Part shown: one piece after another, positions 1 through 9,891 of the stretch
Numbering within the stretch: the first letter of the stretch is position 1
How the letters are laid out: each line of letters starts with the position of its first letter
DNA from: Selaginella moellendorffii
Lineage: Eukaryota; Plantae; Lycopodiophyta
DNA: 64,000 nucleotides
Assembly (NCBI RefSeq): GCF_000143415.4
Contig: NW_003314329.1
Location: forward strand, 329,421-393,420
Direction: 5' to 3'
Notes under the pieces: model-generated
Database searches by the model: none
What the model was told of the DNA's origin: nothing
Seen by the model: only the letters and a program-made list of their open reading frames with translations
Position numbers and translations under genes: made by a program

Positions 1-205
1 AAAAGAAGAGAAATGATAAAAAGCTGGAAGGAATGGTAGGTCTAGACAATGCAAAATGCTAAATCTAAACCAAAATCCTGAAAGGAAAGAACAAAAAGAA
101 AGGAAATGGAAAAAGCTAGATCTAGACGATGCAAAAGCTAGATCTAAACCGAAATTCCAAATCCAAGCACTCCCTAGGGACAATCAAAGGTGCCCCTCAC
201 CTCCA

Positions 206-399
206 TGTAAGCAACCAAAGGGAACGACTTGAGAGACGATCCATGGGGTTCAAATATAGAGGGAAAGGGCCCATGAACAAGAGTGCACCCCCTTTTCCAA
301 TCGGTTAAGGGTCTTGGGATAGTTGGAGTTAAGCGTCCTTGGGTTTGAATAGTACTGGGCTGGGTGATCTCCCGGGAAGTCCAAACTCAGGAGCTTACA
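206..399 (+). mobile_element. Cassandra-type TRIM LTR (194 bp) with 5S rRNA-derived domain
   Basis: Starts TGTAAGC and ends GCTTACA (terminal inverted repeat). Near-identical to the LTRs at 57602 and 58028. Contains a 5S-like segment at 327-382. Followed by a PBS-like TGGTATCGGAGC at 402-413. Confidence 0.9.
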
Positions 400-683
400 T
401 TTGGTATCGGAGCGGTCTCAGGTCCGACTCTGTTGGTTGGCTAAGGGAATCACACCACATGTTGATTGACATCTGGCTGGTCCAGTTTGCTCCCGTTGGG
501 CTCCGACTCTGTTGGTTGGCTAAGGGAATCACACCACATGTTGATTGACATCTGGCTGGTCCAGTTTGCTCCCGTTGGGCTCGACCCGAGGGGTAGGGTG
601 TCAAGAGAGCGGGGCTCTCAGGAGAGCTGCGGCTCTTAGCTTCCGTTCACGAGGGCGTGAACTTGCAGGGAAGCGTGGTGGAT

Positions 684-1473
684 TTATAACACATCTCCGC
701 AAGTCCCAAATGACTTACCCAATCGGTCTGGTCTCCCGAGACATAGCATCGCAAATAATCCTCCAGCTGCCTATTCACCCTTTCCGTTTGTCCGTCTGTC
801 AAGAAGTGTTAGTGCCAACAACTTGACTCAATACCCCATACCTGTCTGTGGGTGATAGGCTGTGCTGAATTTCAACTTGGTGCGATACTGTTCCAGGAGA
901 GTCCTCCAGAACCTACTGGTGAAGATCTTATCTCGATCTGAGATGATCTCTTCTAGTCTTCCCCGCACCCGAACCACTTGTTCGAAGAACAGCTTTGCCA
1001 CACCTTCCGCATCCACCTCCGTTGTGGTGGGTATGAAGTGTGCCATTTTCGAAAATCGGTCCACCACCACAAATATCGCATCAAACCCCTCACTTGGGGG
1101 GAGTCCCGTGATGAAGTCCATAGTAAGATATTTCTACGGGCGATCTGGAATTGGGATGCTTTGCAACAAGCCCCCACTAGCCTTAGTCACGGCTTTTACC
1201 TGCTGACATGTTGGACATGTCTTTACATAGTCTTGGACGTCCTTAGCCATATCTGGCCAATGGTACTTCCTTTTGAGTAAGCCCATCGTCTTGGGCACTT
1301 CACCGTGTCCCGCAAGAGGTCCGTCATGACACTCTTCTAAGGCCACCTTCTTTAGTTCCCCTTTTGGAACATACACCCTCGTTTGCTTGTAATAAATGAG
1401 TCCGTTGCGTTCCGCATAGCCCGTTTTCTCTTCCGTTGGCAGCTCACCTCTCTGGTGAGCTTCCCGCGCCTCT
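684..1473 (-). pseudogene. Ty3/Gypsy integrase fragment (HHCC zinc-binding domain + rve core)
   Basis: CHDGPLAGH...CPTC; MDFITGLP..DAIFVVVDRFSKMAHFIP; IISDRD; AYHPQT/DGQTERVNRQLEDYLRCY. TAG stop at a conserved Trp (1134-1136). 46-nt GT-AG insertion at 796-841. Confidence 0.92.
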
Positions 1474-1569
1474 AAGGGGGTGCACTCTTGTTCATGGGCC
1501 CTTTCCCTCTATATTTGAACCCCACAGATCGTCTCTCAAGTCGTTCCCTTTGGTTGCTTACACTCCACC

Positions 1570-2600
1570 AATGTGAGTGCATGGAATATGAAAAGGGAAT
1601 ACAGAAATGTGCATATCAATTAGCCCAAAAACTTATATATAGGAGCAAGTGGTCCGGATTGAAATCAATCCGACGGCTACCAAAATCCCACTACGCTAAT
1701 ATTAGTATACGGCATCGTAGCCATACACTTGGCCCTCACACATCTTTATATAATAACTATGTATTATATGTAGTATGTAATATATCACATTTTTTCAATA
1801 TGGCTACTAAAAAATTATAAATCTCTAACTCCAACTATATGCTTCATTATTAAGAGTTATAACATAAGTTCATACTTTTAAGCTTTCTATTTCAACACTA
1901 TAAATTAAGATTTTTCTTTAATATTTGATAAATTTTATCAAAAACTTTTTTTATATTATAATTATATTTTGCAAAGAAAGTTAAAGTTATCTTTATGGCT
2001 ACATAGTAATTTTAAAGTGTATTTTATATATTAAAAATTAAAGATAAATTTAGATAAGCCAATTAGAAATAATTTTTTTATAATTTAAGTGTTTAATGAA
2101 ATGTAAAACTACAATAAAAATATGAAATATAATAAATTTAATGAAATATAATATTAAAATAATTATAAAATAAAATTTCTTTGTTAAATTTGATAAAATT
2201 GATCTAAAGAATAATATTTTAGTTTGAGTAAAAGTGATAACTGATAAAAGAACTTTACTGTATTTTTAACTTTAAGTTCTATATTCAATTTTAAATATAG
2301 ACATAAATATATAATTGATAAAAATTTAATTTAAGCTATTAGTTTTTGAAAAGTTAAACTTAGAATAAATTTATATATAAAATTATTAAATTTATACCAT
2401 AAATACATAATATATTATTTTATAAAAAATATGGGTAAACATTCTAAAAGGCTAATATTAGCAATGGTTGTGTTGAAATATAAAAATAAATAAATAAAAT
2501 TCTTGTTTAAAATCATTTAAGATAGATGACATAAAATGATTTAAGGGGAAAACCATCTAATTAATAAGAATATTCTAGGTAGAATTTAGGATTTTGTGTA
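1570..2600. other. Extremely AT-rich non-coding block
   Basis: Visibly A/T-dominated with no credible ORF; sharp transition to GC-rich genic DNA near 2600. Confidence 0.7.
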
Positions 2601-2603
2601 TTT

Positions 2604-3560
2604 TTATGTGAACAAATGGAATGGGCGAGTGTCATCCTCAAATTTCCACAAGCCCAAATACTCTAAATCATACAGGAGCACAGAATTAGCTGGTACAGTA
2701 CATGGTCCTGTAAATTCCACTTTGATCAAGCAAAGCCATTGTTTATTGATAGTTACTCACCACTCCAAAATCTGGGGCACATTCCTGGGTTCTTTCCAAA
2801 ACCAAGCTCCGGTGGAACACGGACTTTACGCTTGCCTCCTGCGCTTATGCTGTGTAACACACAATCACACAACCTAATATATACCTGGCCGCATTGGTGG
2901 GAATTCATCGCCAGAGCCCAAGATTGCTTCATAGATCCCCTTCATCACCTGTATAGAACCATGTATCCTATTTGATCTAGCATAGGAATTTGAATCGAGA
3001 ACTCACTCCCGCGGAGTTGAGCTGAAACGAGAAAGGCTCGCCCCGATCATAGCTGCTGTCGAAAACAAACCCATCTTCTCTCCTCCCCTGGTAGTGTAAC
3101 TGCACAAGAGCACAGAACACGATGGCTGTGATTGAATCGAAGCTAGAAGGCAAGCTCCGCTCACCCGAATTACGTTCCCTTTGACTGGTGCTGTGCCTGT
3201 GCCCACGACAAGGTCGCAGAAACTCAGCCCTGATTCCATCACCTTCCACTCGCATTCTTGCGCTTGCGGCTGCGGTTGCAGCTCTTCTGCTTGTTGTGTC
3301 TCTTGCAATTGTTGCAGCGGCGCCTCTTCCTCCGCCGCTGCCGCCAATCTCACTCCGCCGCTCAGTAGCAACGACGTCAATGCAAACATCGATGCCTCCC
3401 GTCGCCCCATCACTAATCTCATGGTCTCGTACTGCTGCTGCTGCTGCTGATGCTGCTGCATTGGTGGATTTGCATTCGCATTTCCCACCGCGACGCTGCT
3501 GCTCCGCGCAGGACGAAGCATTTGCAGCAGCGCACTTGGATTGGGTTGAAGTATCGCCAT
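2604..3560 (-). CDS. Thylakoid-lumen FKBP-type immunophilin, FKBP13/FKBP16-2-like (multi-exon)
   Basis: Transit-peptide-like N-terminus with RR and hydrophobic signal. CEWKVMESGLSFCDLVVGTG; HYQGRREDGFVFDSSYDRGEP; PPMRPGGKRKVRVPPELGFG; VPANSVLLYDLEYLG. Stop TAA at 2604-2606. Confidence 0.85.
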
Positions 3561-3632
3561 AGCCACAAAAGCGAAAGAAAAATCTTCGCGCGCCCTTACC
3601 TAGAAAAACAGGGGATTGAATCCCCCTAGGCA

Positions 3633-4491
3633 ATGGCGACCATTGCTACCGTGCATTTGGCGAGTAGCTTCGTGGCAACCAGAATTGGGTTGCCTCGTCG
3701 TCTCAGCAGCAGGGCGTATGCTAGCAGCAGCTCAAGGAACAATCCAAGAGCCATGAGCAAGACGACGATCACAGCAAAGTTGAGCAGGAGAGGAGTGGTG
3801 GTACCATTGCTGGCGCTGGTGGCTGCTACCACCGCCGCCGCCACACCAGCTGCAGCTCAAGATCAACAGGGGTACACGACATCCGCGTCGGGGCTCGAGT
3901 ACTGCGACACAATGGTCGGGACTGGCGAATCAATCGCCAAGGGTGCTCTCATCAAGGTGGGATCATCCAGTAACTTTTAGTATGAAATCTTGAGAGATCT
4001 ATCTTGAGACAGGTGCACTACACTGGAACGCTGGAAGATGGCACCGTATTTGACAGTAGCTACAAGCGGGGAAAGCCACTGAGCTTCAACGTGGGTGTAG
4101 GACAGGTACGTACGTATACGCTCGGAGGTTGGTCTTTTCTTCACGGGTTTTGCCATGACATGTAGGTGATCAGAGGATGGGACGAGGGAATCTTGGGAGG
4201 AAGTGATGTGCCACCGATGCTAACAGGTGTTTATCTTGTCCCCGGGATGGATCGACCAGTTTGATAAGTAACTCTTTGTCTATGTGAGCCCAGGAGGGAA
4301 GCGCAAGCTTAGAATTCCTCCCAAGCTTGGCTATGGCGAGAGAGGAGCTGGGTGTAGAGGTGAAGCTCTCCAAACTCAATGAGGTTGAATAGCGACTTAA
4401 GTTACAAGGTGTTGCAGGTAAATCGTGCGTCATTCCTCCAAACTCGGTGCTCTTGTTTGACGTTGAGCTGGTTGGCAAGGGATACAAGTAA
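3633..4491 (+). CDS. FKBP13: Thylakoid-lumen peptidyl-prolyl isomerase FKBP13-like (multi-exon)
   Basis: [93 protein letters not shown]. Twin-Arg signal SRRG. Confidence 0.88.
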
Positions 4492-4821
4492 ATCTTTCAA
4501 GGATTTTGTGCTTGGAAACGTTGAGATCACAGTTTTTCTCCTTCTAAGTAGTACGAAGTGCGTGATAAAATAAGCTCTTCGTTCTTCCTCTTGTCTTGTC
4601 TAGGCGTACATATATTCTCTCTTTGAAGAGCTCGAAGCAAAGCAAAGCTTGTTAGAATGTAACCAAGTTGATCATTCATGTTTCTGTGCGTGTCTAGGCC
4701 TAGAACAAAATGCTTGCTTCAAACTTTTGGATGATGCGGACGGAGCTCTCCTGTTTAGCTGGCCAGACAGACAGCAGTATAGAATCTGGCTGCGTTCGCG
4801 TTAGTCGTGGTTACGTTGCCA

Positions 4822-6026
4822 CTACTCTGACTCTAAGCTCTCCCTTTCCTCGTCGCCATGGCCGTGCTCCTCCTCCTCCTCCTCGTCGCCCTCATCGCCA
4901 TCGCCATCGCCATTAGCAGCAGCACCTTGCGAAGCGGCAGCAGTAGCAGTAGCAGCAGCAGCAGTATCAGCGGGAGCAGCAGCAGTGTCATCGCTATCGT
5001 CACTGTCACTATCGTGGGCGAACATGTCCCATTCCATAAACTGCAAGACCAGCAGCGCTCGTTAGATTCTGCTCGCCAAAGCCTGTCGTGTGTATGAATG
5101 AGCAGAGCACAAAACATACCTTGGGTATCCAGGTGCTGATCTTCTTCGCAACATTTGCTTCCAGGGACCTTTCGGCCAGCGTGTAGACGAAACCATCTTC
5201 GCTCCGCTCCTTGTGGAAGTGTCTGGAGCCGAGAAAGAATCACACACTAGTCTGAGAAATCTCTCTCACACTTTACCTCTGCCGTTGGAGGAGTTCCATG
5301 GTCTGCTTGATGCTCCCAAACACCGGGTGCTTCTCGTCGTCCTCCTCGATTCCCAGCTTCCCCAGGTGAAGCCACAAGTCCTCTGCCGAGAGAAAGAACA
5401 TGATTCTTTCGAGTAGCAAGCGAAATGGAGAGAACCCACCTTGCTTGCAACTCCTCCCGGGGGAGAGATGAATTATCGAGACGATGGCCAGCGCCAGGCC
5501 CCGCAGCGCCACCGCACTTGGAGCGTCCACAAACTCCCGCCGAGCCTCCAGGGGGACGGTGCTCTTGAGGAAATACTCCCGTGCCGGCTCACTACTCACT
5601 GCAAGTGCCATAGTGTGAGTGAGAGTGAATGATCGAGGAAGAGGAAAAGGAGAGAGAGAGAGAGAGAGGGCACTCCAAGTTGTGCGCGAGTGGTACACTA
5701 CACACGGCATTACCTCCTTGGGAACCAGCGCCACCACCTCGGGCACTGTGTTGCCGCGGTAACTTGTGGAGCTCGTGCATCTCCATCCCAAACACGCTCG
5801 CGATCTTCTTGCGCACCCTGTCGATCACCACACCCGAAAGCCCCCTTTGCTGCTTGTAGCTCCGGGTGACGATCTGGTTGAGCTCCTCCCGCCTCACAGG
5901 AACTCCCGGCTGCTGGAAGTTCCTAAACAACATATGCCGTACAACCTCCGCCACGAGAGCATTCACCTCGTCGGGGCTCATTTGCGCCTGCGCCTGCGCC
6001 TCCTCGTCTCGATCCCCTCGCGCCAT
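4822..6026 (-). CDS. NSE3: MAGE-domain protein, SMC5/6 subunit NSE3-like, with acidic C-terminal tail (multi-exon)
   Basis: LVAEVVRHMLF..PVRREELNQIV..IASVFGMEMHEL; AEDLWLHLGKLGI..HPVFG..ELLQRQR, typical of the MAGE/NSE3 winged helices. Confidence 0.8.
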
Positions 6027-6094
6027 GATTCTTTCCCTCCTAGGGCTCTTCGCGGAAAACTCACAACTTAGCTAGCTAGCGCTTTCTAGGAGTG

Positions 6095-7342
6095 TCAAAT
6101 CCAATCCCTCTCTTGGAGCTTCATGGGGAGATAAACCTCCGAGAGATACTGGAAGCCAAAGCTACTCAGCGCCTGGATCTCGGCCTTCTCCTTGTTCTTC
6201 ACCATGAGTTCCAGCTCCTGGTACCACCGAGGATCCTTCTTGATGAAATCTTCCTCCAGCAAATCCCGTCCAGTCTTGACATCCAGCTCCGACATGGGCA
6301 GCCGGCACTGCTGCGGGATCCGGTACTTGTCCAAGTCCGAGGGCCGGACTCCCAGCCACTTGATATCCGGGGTGGTGAGGCTCGCGCTATCGTAGGACAT
6401 GTTCTTGGAGCCGCTCATGTAGACCGACAAGATCTTGAGGCCGTAAGGATCGCTGTCCACCAAGCCCAGCACCGGAAGCCTCAGCTCCATCTTCATCTTG
6501 CGGAGAAAGAGTCGAGTCGCTACGTCCGGCTGGCCTTTCGCGGTGACGATCACGCACGGGAACCGGTTGTAGAAGCGGTCCTCCGCCAGGCGCATGAAGG
6601 CCGCGTCCTTCTCCACCAGGAGGATGAAGAGGGCGTCGCTCTCCATGTCCTGGATCTTGTCGATGTTGGGCGGGATGGCCTTGCCGCCGACGCCCATCTT
6701 GGTGCAGTCGATCCGGTCGCCGTCCTCGACGAACACCAGGCGTCCCACCACCACGCCTTTCTCCGACGCTACCACGTTGAGGCTGGTTCTCGTGCAGCCC
6801 AGCATGCACGAGACGTCGTCCAGGACGGTGTCCGACTGGGCCTGCTCGGTGAAGAGCTTCACGTCCGTGTAGAAGAGATCGCGCTTGGTAACGTGGATCT
6901 GCTTGGAGCAAAGCTGGTGGACGAGCTCCAGGATCCGGGTGGTGATGGCGGTCTTCTTCACGGTGGAGCTGCTCGCGAAGGGGCGAATGGAGGTCTTGTC
7001 CTTGAGGACGATCCTGTCAAGCTCCTCGACGTAGAGCTGGTTGGCGCTCGTCCGCGACGGGACCGTGTAAGCCAGGCCCTGGCCCTGGAGGATCGACTTG
7101 GTCACGGACAGAACGAGCTTCTCGATCTCCTCCTTCACCTCGCCGCTGCCCAGCTCCGCCACCTCCCTACACGATTCCTCCAGGGCTAGATCGCTCAAGC
7201 TCCGCTTCTCACCTCGGATGCCGGCTCTTGCCGTTGCCTCGGCGAAGTCCTTGATGGTCTGCAGGATCGCGCCGTCTGTCTTGAGGCGCTTGGGCAGCTC
7301 GCCACCAGCATTGCCGCCATCGCCGCCGCGTCTCGGCGCCAT
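6095..7342 (-). CDS. TOP6A: DNA topoisomerase VI subunit A (SPO11-3/RHL2/BIN5), single exon
   Basis: 415-aa ORF with [11 protein letters not shown] (catalytic Tyr), TOPRIM motifs [13 protein letters not shown] and LVDSDPYG, and C-terminal KAEIQAL. These match the plant TOP6A type. Confidence 0.95.
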   Translation of the reverse strand: MAPRRGGDGGNAGGELPKRLKTDGAILQTIKDFAEATARAGIRGEKRSLSDLALEESCREVAELGSGEVKEEIEKLVLSVTKSILQGQGLAYTVPSRTSANQLYVEELDRIVLKDKTSIRPFASSSTVKKTAITTRILELVHQLCSKQIHVTKRDLFYTDVKLFTEQAQSDTVLDDVSCMLGCTRTSLNVVASEKGVVVGRLVFVEDGDRIDCTKMGVGGKAIPPNIDKIQDMESDALFILLVEKDAAFMRLAEDRFYNRFPCVIVTAKGQPDVATRLFLRKMKMELRLPVLGLVDSDPYGLKILSVYMSGSKNMSYDSASLTTPDIKWLGVRPSDLDKYRIPQQCRLPMSELDVKTGRDLLEEDFIKKDPRWYQELELMVKNKEKAEIQALSSFGFQYLSEVYLPMKLQERDWI

Positions 7343-7432
7343 GGAAAAACCCTACCTTGGAAGTGAGAATGTGGGTATAGAGCTTTCAAACAAATGGAAG
7401 TTAGAACACCACAGACAAAAAGCTTGAGCGCT

Positions 7433-8560
7433 CTAGGCAACTTTCTTGCTTGTCCTGGCCAAGCTCTTCTTGCGCTGGCCGATCATGTACGTGTAGAGAA
7501 AAGGGACACCTACCCACACAGAGAGGCCACAAAGAATGAGAGTGCGCTCTTTTTCATCGTAAAATACCTGGAACGTAGAGCAAAAGCACGAGCAGGGACG
7601 TGTAGTAGTATGAAAACGCGAAGTTGAAGGCGTTGGGCATCTCGATCGAGTACTTCTTCGAGGACTGCGACAACCAAAGGTCATCGATGAGATCAAATCC
7701 AGATTTTGCTTCTTCCAAAACTGGATTTTTTACTGACTAACCTTCATGTGAGACAGAGCAAGCATGGTGAGACCAACTTCGCCAGAGATTCCGGTTGGAT
7801 ACAAGACGAAGAAAGTGCTGTACCTGGAGACATCGATCCAAAACAAAATGTTAGAAAAACCAGCCAGTTTGTCAAAGATCTGAGATCTCACTCACCGTAG
7901 CCAATGCAGAAAACCGGGTGTCAAGCCAAAAGCCTCCTTTGCAGCGAAAAACGAGTAGCGAATTACCTCTGTTACTGACCAGCTGAGAACGAGAAGCGTC
8001 ACAAGCCAATGCGACCTCGTCTGTGCAACAAGGAAAAGTAAGAACACCAAAAAAAAGTTCCTTTTTATTTCTCCCCAACTCACGGGAGCTTGTAAGATCT
8101 TACTACCTCTGGGAAACTCCAGAGAACACCCCACGTAACGAAGAGGCGTGAAGAGATCTGAGGCAGAGTTGCACTGACGGGCGAGCGCACAATCCCTGCA
8201 TTCATCATCGTCTCACAAGTCACGAAACAAGGACACAAAATCTTACCAGCGAGGCTGTTGATTATCTACACGGCTCACAAGAATCTGGACGTCAGGAAAA
8301 CGAAGAAACGAAGAAACGTAGGCTTGGATCTCACCTCGAGGATCGCTGCGGTTTGCGAGAGCTGGAGGGGCAATTCAATGGAGTCATAGACAGCAGAGTA
8401 GCCGGCTCCGTTCAAGGCCGCGAGAGCCCGAACAAGCACGGAAGCCCTGCAAGAGCGATCGCACGAAGGAAGCGCAAAGGCATATATCTTACCACCCAGC
8501 ACAAAGAATGCAGTTGTAGAGCGCCAAGTAGACTCTCCGGATGCTCCAAGCGTCCGCCAT
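7433..8560 (-). CDS. PAS2: Very-long-chain 3-hydroxyacyl-CoA dehydratase PASTICCINO2 (multi-exon)
   Basis: RRVYLALYN..AGW; LSQTAAILE; SWSVTEVIRYSFF..WLRYSTF; PFLYTYMIGQRKKSL. ER-retrieval-like C-terminus KKVA. Confidence 0.88.
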
Positions 8561-8651
8561 AGCCAGAGCTTTTGCTCGGCTTGCCTCTCTTAAATGACCG
8601 TTTTCACTCAAGAACCCTAAATCTGGAGCTTCACGTTTTCTTATAAGTTTT

Positions 8652-9254
8652 CTAGCTGGACACACACGACACCAACCGTAGCGATTGATGCGTAGCTCTC
8701 GACAGGAGGCTACCTCTCCTTCTCCCCTGCACGAACAGGGGCAAACAGCCCATGGCTTTGCCGCAGCTCGCGATTTCCTCATCGCCATCGTTGTCTTCCC
8801 CTTCGTCTTGGGCATCTTGAAAACCAATCTCCTCGTGCTGGCAATCGCAATCGATTTCTCCCTGAACTTCCTGGATAGCATGAGTTTCCCGGGCCTTGAG
8901 CGAGCAAGCTGTGGGCGAGACTCCGGTGAGATCCCGGTCCAGCTGCGTGGAGAGCGCGACCAGCTCGTACGAATCGAAGAGCAAGCTGCCGCAATCCCAC
9001 TTGAGGAGATAAGGTGCTCGCGGAGTGAAGCTCTGCTTGGGTATGATCATGGGATGATCATCGATGACCGGAGCTTGCTGGCGCCGCCGGGATTCCGCGA
9101 GGAAGCGAGACGGCTTGGTGTGCCAAGTCCTCCGCTCCTCGATCGTTTTGGCGGAGAGGACCCTCGCTGCTGCTCCTCCACCGTGCAAATGCCACGCCCA
9201 AGCTGCTGCTTTGCACAGGCTCGCGGCCTCGTCCTTGTCCCTCCGCGATTTCAT
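8652..9254 (-). CDS. Plant-specific uncharacterised protein with KAAAWAW and WDCGSxLxDSYEL motifs
   Basis: 200-aa single-exon ORF. Motifs KAAAWAWHLHG, KPSRF and WDCGSLLFDSYEL are recognised from a conserved plant family of unknown function. Confidence 0.7.
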   Translation of the reverse strand: MKSRRDKDEAASLCKAAAWAWHLHGGGAAARVLSAKTIEERRTWHTKPSRFLAESRRRQQAPVIDDHPMIIPKQSFTPRAPYLLKWDCGSLLFDSYELVALSTQLDRDLTGVSPTACSLKARETHAIQEVQGEIDCDCQHEEIGFQDAQDEGEDNDGDEEIASCGKAMGCLPLFVQGRRRGSLLSRATHQSLRLVSCVSS

Positions 9255-9401
9255 CGCGCGCGATTGATCGATCTAGAGAGCTCTAGCTCGATCTTTAAAA
9301 TATCTGGCTGGGCAACTGGCGAGCCCGGGATCTGTGATATTTGCGAGCGCTTCTGATATTTTCGGGGAAAAGAGAGATGATCGGCTGGAGAATGACGATC
9401 T

Positions 9402-9501
9402 NNNNNNNNNNNNNNNNNNNNNNNNNNNNNNNNNNNNNNNNNNNNNNNNNNNNNNNNNNNNNNNNNNNNNNNNNNNNNNNNNNNNNNNNNNNNNNNNNNN
9501 N
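9402..9501. other. Assembly gap (100 N)
   Basis: Run of exactly 100 N, so the true gap size is probably unknown. Confidence 1.
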
Positions 9502-9891
9502 ATAGGAAAATATCACACCCACCGTGGCAACATGGAACTTGTGCAAAGCGCGAATGCTACTTGACAAGCCCACGCTATTTCCCTTTTTGTTACGCGACGT
9601 GGACACGTATGGTGACCTGGATCCCGCGTCATCGCCACGTCACCCGCGAGCCCTAAAGCTTGAGGTCGCGAGAATGCGGAGCTAGCTGCGGTGTCCCTCT
9701 CGTCGGATCTGGTAGGGTGGGAGAGTGGGGAGATCTTCCGCTAGGGCTTCGCGAGGGACTACTCACCTAGAATCTAGAATGATGTAGAGGAGGGGGGCGA
9801 GTGGGGGATTAGCTTGGATCTCTGATGATCACGCACAGGAGATCTTTGGAGCGATGGCAGTGTTTTAGGGTTTTGGGATTGCCGCTCGACA

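Larger units (their letters stand above)
206..1562. mobile_element. Composite element: Cassandra LTR + internal domain + inverted Gypsy integrase fragment + inverted 89-bp LTR start, flanked by TSD CTCCA
   Basis: CTCCA at 201-205 and 1563-1567. 206-294 is the reverse complement of 1474-1562 with 2 mismatches. PPT-like GGGAAGCGTGGTGGAT at about 668-683. An uninterrupted flank homologue lies at about 59137-59232. Confidence 0.85.

Noticed and set aside
327-382. 5S rRNA gene (also at 57723 and 58149)
   Set aside because: Only about 56 of 120 nt, with no 5S 5' end or terminator, and embedded in LTRs. It is the Cassandra 5S domain.
339-826. Short ORFs in the Cassandra LTR and internal region (also at 57646-58382)
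   Set aside because: No recognisable motifs, mostly alternative start codons, and not conserved in frame between copies. TRIMs are non-coding.
6092-7189. 365-aa ORF antisense to TOP6A; similar long antisense ORFs at 16833-18155, 37099-37899 and 38947-39669
   Set aside because: Shadow ORFs produced by GC-rich codon usage of the real genes on the opposite strand; no motifs.
6095-7342. Meiotic SPO11-1 or SPO11-2
   Set aside because: Sequence motifs and single-exon structure fit TOP6A/SPO11-3; the meiotic paralogues are intron-rich and divergent.
9295-9606. ORFs spanning the N run
   Set aside because: Artefacts of the assembly gap.
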